Positions 28,149 to 32,000 of a stretch of 32,000 nt of DNA are shown here, piece by piece (within the stretch, counting starts at the first letter, position 1; the number at the start of each line of letters is the position of its first letter). The position numbers and the translations under genes are program-made. The stretch comes from Halorhodospira halophila SL1 (GTDB lineage Bacteria; Pseudomonadota; Gammaproteobacteria; Nitrococcales; Halorhodospiraceae), in the NCBI RefSeq assembly GCF_000015585.1, contig NC_008789.1, positions 330,001 through 362,000 of the forward strand, read 5' to 3'. The notes under the pieces were generated by a model. The model did no database searches and had not been told where the DNA came from. It saw only the letters and a program-made list of their open reading frames with translations.

Positions 28149-28177
28149 TTGCTGGTGGCTGACCCGATTGATAGTCT
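28149..28177 (+). promoter_or_regulatory. Putative pilT promoter
   Basis: TTGCTG (28149..28154), a 17-nt spacer, then TAGTCT (28172..28177), about 34 nt upstream of the pilT ATG. Pattern match only. Confidence 0.25.
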
Positions 28178-28210
28178 GCTAACAAACCGGCCAATTCCCC
28201 GAGGGGTCCC

Positions 28211-29248
28211 ATGGACATTACCAAGCTGCTCAGCTTCGCCGTCGAACAGGGCGCCTCGGATCTGCACCTCTCGGCCGGGCAGCCGCCGATCATCCGGGTG
28301 GACGGCGACATCCGCCGCGTGGACGCCCCGGCGTTCAGCCACAAGGACGTCCAGCGCCGCGTCTACGACATCATGAACGACGGCCAGCGCCGCGAGTTCG
28401 AGGCGCGGATGGAGACCGACTTCTCCTTCGCCGCCCGCGGCATCGGGCGCTTCCGCGTCAACGCCTTCCAGCAGGACCGCGGCATGGGGGCGGTTTTCCG
28501 GGCCATCCCCGACGAGATCCCCACCCTGCAGGGCCTGAGTGCGCCGCGGATCTTCCGCGACCTCTGCCAGCTGCCCCGGGGGCTGATCCTGGTCACCGGG
28601 CCCACCGGCTCCGGCAAGTCGACCACCCTGGCGGCGATGATCAACGAGAAGAACCGCAGCGACTACGGACATATCCTCACCATCGAGGATCCCATCGAGT
28701 TCGTCCACGAGCCGCAGCGCTGCCTGATCAACCAGCGCGAGGTCCACCGCGACACCCAGAGCTTCGACGCCGCCCTGCGCTCCGCCCTGCGCGAGGACCC
28801 GGACGTGATCCTCGTCGGCGAGCTGCGCGATCTGGAGACCATCCGCCTGGCCCTGACCGCCGCCGAGACCGGCCACCTGGTCTTCGGCACGCTGCACACC
28901 TCCTCGGCCCCGAAGACCATCGACCGCATCATCGACGTCTTCCCCGCCGCCGAGAAGGCCATGGTCCGCTCCATGCTCTCGGAATCGCTCCAGGCGGTGA
29001 TCGCCCAGACCCTGCTCAAGCGCGCCAACGGCGGCCGCGTCGCCGCCCACGAGATCATGCTCGGCACCTCGGCCATCCGGAACCTCATCCGCGAGGACAA
29101 GGTGGCGCAGATGTACTCGACGATGCAGACGGCGCAGTCCCAGGGGATGCAGACCCTCGACCACGCCCTGCAGCAGCTGGTGCAGCAGGGCGTGGTGTCA
29201 ATGGAGGAGGCGGGGCGGAGGGGTGGGCGGTCTCAGGCATACCAATAG
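28211..29248 (+). CDS. pilT: Type IV pilus retraction ATPase PilT
   Basis: 345 aa, near-collinear with P. aeruginosa PilT as I recall it (MDIT.LL.F....GASDLHLSAG.PP.IRVDGD.RR, GPTGSGKSTTLAAM, ILVGE.RDLETIRLALTAAETGHLVFGTLHT, AIRNLIREDKVAQMYS). Confidence 0.96.
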   Translation: MDITKLLSFAVEQGASDLHLSAGQPPIIRVDGDIRRVDAPAFSHKDVQRRVYDIMNDGQRREFEARMETDFSFAARGIGRFRVNAFQQDRGMGAVFRAIPDEIPTLQGLSAPRIFRDLCQLPRGLILVTGPTGSGKSTTLAAMINEKNRSDYGHILTIEDPIEFVHEPQRCLINQREVHRDTQSFDAALRSALREDPDVILVGELRDLETIRLALTAAETGHLVFGTLHTSSAPKTIDRIIDVFPAAEKAMVRSMLSESLQAVIAQTLLKRANGGRVAAHEIMLGTSAIRNLIREDKVAQMYSTMQTAQSQGMQTLDHALQQLVQQGVVSMEEAGRRGGRSQAYQ

Positions 29249-29295
29249 ATCTCTCACCCTCTCCTTAAAAGCTGATCTTGCTAACGCCTTTTTAC

Positions 29296-30111
29296 TTAGA
29301 AAACCGCATATCCCCAATTGCCACCGCTCGCGGGGTCATTTTCAAACACCCCACACCAATGCCCGTTTTCAGTCGGCTCACCCGGCTCTTCATCACATCC
29401 GCCATATTGATGAATATGAGACGGTTCGGCTACCTCCCCCTCAATATAGATACACCCCCCAAAATCTGGCGCACCCCCAGAGAAATATTCCTTATCCGGA
29501 TTATTCCCCTCAGCTTTGGACTGGATAAACACGTCACCTTCAAATGACACTTTACCTGTAATGCTAGCGCCACTCGCTAGACATGCCCCCCCACGAACCA
29601 CGGCATTACCACCACCTTGTGCTTTTTCGCCCTCAGGGATTAAAACGTTCTCGTAATCTTTTTTATCCCACCCATCTACAGCGTCCCAGTCATCCTCCCT
29701 TTCGGCATATTCCCTATCCAACTCACTCCCACCGGGGTAACAAATCGCGTGCCTAGCATGAGCATTGCCCCATGATTGGCTTTCCCCAACCCACCCGACA
29801 TACAAATCCATTTGTTCACAGGGATTGCCACTTATGAAACCAGGATTTTTTTTGGAGTAGATCTGCCCGCCAGGGAAGTCAACATCCCCCCTCTTCATCC
29901 GAGCGCTCTCAGCCGCATAAAAGGCCTGCGCGTCGACTAGGCTGTCAACAACCACGGATGCGCGGCTTTCTACCATTCTTCCTATGCCAGCTAACAAAAG
30001 TCCAATAGCAAGAATCGTGACGACTCCCATAACCAACATCGATCCAGCCTGAGTTTTTTTAAAGCGGACGGCCACCTCCGCTCTTCCTAACGTATGTGAG
30101 TAATACTCCAT
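29296..30111 (-). CDS. PilX_N-like pilus assembly protein with a Cys-rich C-terminal extension
   Basis: I place the start at ATG 30111 (MEYYSHTL...), which has a GGGAGGG SD. The hydrophobic N-terminus followed by QAFYAAESA matches the PilX/MshP-type N-domain pattern (AGSMLVMGVVTILAIGLLLAGIGRMVESRASVV..DAQAFYAAESA). It uses AT-rich codons (tta, aga, aaa, att). Confidence 0.62.
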   Translation of the reverse strand: MEYYSHTLGRAEVAVRFKKTQAGSMLVMGVVTILAIGLLLAGIGRMVESRASVVVDSLVDAQAFYAAESARMKRGDVDFPGGQIYSKKNPGFISGNPCEQMDLYVGWVGESQSWGNAHARHAICYPGGSELDREYAEREDDWDAVDGWDKKDYENVLIPEGEKAQGGGNAVVRGGACLASGASITGKVSFEGDVFIQSKAEGNNPDKEYFSGGAPDFGGCIYIEGEVAEPSHIHQYGGCDEEPGEPTENGHWCGVFENDPASGGNWGYAVF

Positions 30112-30124
30112 CCGCCCTCCCAAG

Positions 30125-30613
30125 CTATGGGCTCAAAGCTGCTCGATGAGTTACTCCGAAGTCATAACTTACCACATCATCGCCTTGGCTCACGGTCAGC
30201 GTGATGACATAAAAACCGTCCACGCCCGTATCTTCCGGGTTCTCACAGGGCACTTCGCTCCCATTTACGATCAGCCCGCGAACCGGCACTCGCAGGCTCG
30301 GATCCTCCTCCCTTTCAAGCGTTATCTCATCCTCTTTAGCTTTTATATCGCTGCACGAGAACGAGGTACCTGGACGTGAACGAATCTCTTGCCTCAGGCG
30401 CTGAACCGCGTACACCACATCCGACCGCTTGTCTAGCTCTTCCTCAAGCGCGAAAGAGATGTTAAAGAGTGCCGAAATCGGTTGCGCTGCCATGACCGCC
30501 ACCATACCGGCCAGCACCAGAACGAGGATCAGCTCCCAGAGGGTGAGTCCTGCCTGTTTATTGACCCCTTTCGGGTTGCGCTTGTGGGTGGTACTCACCG
30601 CCCCCTCACTCAT
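30125..30613 (-). CDS. Prepilin-type N-terminal cleavage/methylation domain protein (minor pseudopilin)
   Basis: I choose ATG 30613, which overlaps the upstream stop within ATGAGTGA. Class III signal: ...NKQAG|LTLWELILVLVLAGMVAVMAA with Glu at +5. The leader is 22 aa, or 17 aa from the GTG at 30598. Confidence 0.7.
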   Translation of the reverse strand: MSEGAVSTTHKRNPKGVNKQAGLTLWELILVLVLAGMVAVMAAQPISALFNISFALEEELDKRSDVVYAVQRLRQEIRSRPGTSFSCSDIKAKEDEITLEREEDPSLRVPVRGLIVNGSEVPCENPEDTGVDGFYVITLTVSQGDDVVSYDFGVTHRAALSP

Positions 30614-31151
30614 CAGCGTCGAAACCCACATAAAGCGGATCAAGGCCACCGACCCCCGGCCCCTCATAGCCGATTCTGATGACTAGCACCGCCGCCGCGT
30701 CATCTTCTTCAACACGAGAAACTCGGACGAGCGAGTCCGTTTCCTCATCAGCAGCGCCACAAAAACGGTTCCAGAGATCCGCCGCAATCCCAATTCCGGG
30801 GCTCTCAGCGGTTAGGTCTTCGCCATTTTCCGTATTGTCTTTAATCCGATGCGGGTCGAACACCGCATTTTCGTCTTCGTCATCGGTCCGCGATGCCGCG
30901 ATAATCAACTCAGCACAGCTCTCCGCATTTCTGGCCGCTTTCTCCACCCGCTCGGCATCGGGCAGCGTGGCAAAGAACGGATAGAAGGACGCCAGTGCCG
31001 CCATGGCGATCCCCAGCACCACGATGGTCACAATCATCTCGATGAGCGTGAGGCCACGCTGGGCCGATCGAGTATTGCGGCGGAACCCGCTCCCGTGCCT
31101 CCCGCCAGGACGTGCCGTATTGAGGTGGAGCCGCAGGCCGCTAGTCTTCAT
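30606..31151 (-). CDS. Prepilin-type N-terminal cleavage/methylation domain protein (minor pseudopilin)
   Basis: I choose ATG 31151, which overlaps the upstream TAG by 11 nt; the GTG at 31172 is an alternative. Class III signal: ...RSAQRG|LTLIEMIVTIVVLGIAMAALA with Glu at +5. The leader is 33 aa and basic. Confidence 0.7.
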   Translation of the reverse strand: MKTSGLRLHLNTARPGGRHGSGFRRNTRSAQRGLTLIEMIVTIVVLGIAMAALASFYPFFATLPDAERVEKAARNAESCAELIIAASRTDDEDENAVFDPHRIKDNTENGEDLTAESPGIGIAADLWNRFCGAADEETDSLVRVSRVEEDDAAAVLVIRIGYEGPGVGGLDPLYVGFDADE

Positions 31152-31740
31152 TGCATTCCCCCCGGGTGACACTGCCGGTCGCTACACGAACACACATCGT
31201 TCGGGAGGCGTCCCCCTTACTAAGCGCGACCTCGAAGGATTTGTCGTTGATTTCTCCGCCATCGTCAGCCACCAGCTCGCCGTGCGGATAGGTCAGGCGG
31301 AAAGCATCGGGCGAACTGGTCACCGTCACGCCATCCCGCTCCGTCAGCCCCCGTAGGGGGCCGCAACCGTCGCCCGAGGACTCCCAAGTCATCGCCCAAG
31401 CACGACCCAGATCCACCTTCAAATCCGCCCCACTACACGCCATGGCCTTGCCCCGCGCGCTGCGCAGGTCGCTGATCAGGCCGTTCTTGACGGCGTTCAC
31501 GCTGGGGCCGTCGGTGAAGCCGCCCAGGCGCGGGGCGGCGATGCCGGCCAGGATGCTGAGGATCACCAGGACCAGGATGAGTTCGATGAGGGTTACGCCC
31601 CGGTGGCGCGCTGTAACCGCCCCACTGCCCCACCGATGCGGGGCCGGATCACGCCGCCGACCGCCAACCCGCCGGCGGGCGCTCGGGAGCTCCGACCCGC
31701 GCCGCGGGGCGCTGGGCGTGACATCGCGGGGACGCGGCAT
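31141..31740 (-). CDS. GspH/FimT-like prepilin-type minor pilin
   Basis: 199 aa. Class III signal ...TARHRG|VTLIELILVLVILSILAGIAAP with Glu at +5, followed by a GspH/FimT-like segment (VKNGLISDLRSARGKAMA). No in-frame ATG, GTG or TTG lies between ATG 31740 and the cleavage site, which implies a 48-aa Arg-rich leader. Confidence 0.68.
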   Translation of the reverse strand: MPRPRDVTPSAPRRGSELPSARRRVGGRRRDPAPHRWGSGAVTARHRGVTLIELILVLVILSILAGIAAPRLGGFTDGPSVNAVKNGLISDLRSARGKAMACSGADLKVDLGRAWAMTWESSGDGCGPLRGLTERDGVTVTSSPDAFRLTYPHGELVADDGGEINDKSFEVALSKGDASRTMCVRVATGSVTRGECNED

Positions 31741-31842
31741 GGCAGACCATCCCAGTGTGGCGCGGACATGTCCGGTGGTTGCGGGGTGTATCGCCGCTTC
31801 CGGCGACCCGACGGGGGTTAGGGTGCGGACCGGTACACATCC

Positions 31843-31871
31843 AATATAGGCGCGAATAGCACTGCACGCAA
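31843..31871 (-). promoter_or_regulatory. Putative sigma70 promoter for the minor-pilin-like operon
   Basis: On the minus strand: TTGCGT (31871..31866), a 17-nt spacer, then TATATT (31848..31843), about 100 nt upstream of the ATG at 31740. Pattern match only. Confidence 0.35.
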
Positions 31872-32000
31872 CGGGGATATTGAGCCGCGGTCGACCTCGA
31901 AAATCTTGGATGCGTCGGACTCACCCCGGGCGGTGGAGGCACCGGCGACTGCCGGCAGCCGCGGCCGTTCGGTGTACGCAGATCCCGGCGGAGCCTGCCC

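Larger units (their letters stand above)
29249..31000. other. Low-GC compositional island covering the distal minor-pilin-like genes
   Basis: Hand-counted 60-nt lines: 29521-29580 is 47% GC, 29641-29700 is 45%, 30001-30060 is 43%, 30301-30360 is 45% and 30781-30840 is 55%. Further right, 31261-31320 is 63%, and backbone lines (9001-9060 and 28801-28860) are 70-72%. The left edge is sharp at the pilT stop and the right edge is gradual. Confidence 0.8.

Noticed and set aside
29249-31200. Calling the low-GC region a mobile element or genomic island.
   Set aside because: No integrase, transposase, tRNA target, terminal inverted repeats or flanking direct repeats are visible. The composition gradient within one operon fits allelic replacement better. 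It is therefore annotated only as a compositional island.
31741-32000. Possible coding at the right edge: a 97-aa minus-strand ORF (31649..31942), an open minus frame reaching the window end, and a plus-strand ATG at 31910 (MRRTHPGRWRHRR...).
   Set aside because: The 97-aa ORF overlaps the pilin gene start and is Pro/Arg-rich with no motif. The other frames are too short and too featureless to support. The region more plausibly holds the operon promoter.

Overview
The window is gene-dense, with about 28 CDS. By eye I found no rRNA, tRNA, CRISPR array, transposase or integrase. Backbone GC is very high: hand-counted 60-nt lines give about 70-72%. Many encoded proteins are strongly acidic, which fits a halophilic gammaproteobacterium; the taxon is a guess. 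All homology calls come from motif memory, not searches.

Blocks:
- (1) 1-4531, minus strand: five consecutive exported proteins. The run is led by an MltC-like lytic transglycosylase and followed by LPP20-like modules, one with a PEGA-like segment.
- (2) 4640-13325: a cyclic-nucleotide neighbourhood. The minus strand carries a class-II-type cNMP phosphodiesterase and a SAM methyltransferase. The plus strand carries a small membrane protein, a GAF-HD-GYP protein, a CHASE2 class III adenylate cyclase, a TPR plus beta-barrel OMP (Slam/DUF560-like) and an overlapping FecR-domain hyper-acidic secreted protein.
- (3) 13384-17527: an Anbu proteasome-like protease convergent with, and overlapping, a Zn-ribbon/HExxH peptidase, alpha-E protein and circularly permuted ATP-grasp operon.
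- (4) arsB, selO, a PAS hybrid histidine kinase, and a PAS-GGDEF gene coupled to pilU.
- (5) 25452-28048: a small OMP plus an acidic Big_1-array lipoprotein, lying between pilU and pilT.
- (6) 29249-31740: a low-GC (about 43-47%) minor-pilin-like cluster whose prepilins have unusually long basic leaders.

The best candidate for an undescribed system is the CHASE2 cyclase / Slam-like OMP / FecR-type putative cargo module. Next are the non-canonical Anbu cluster, the LPP20/transglycosylase envelope cluster and the atypical pilin island.
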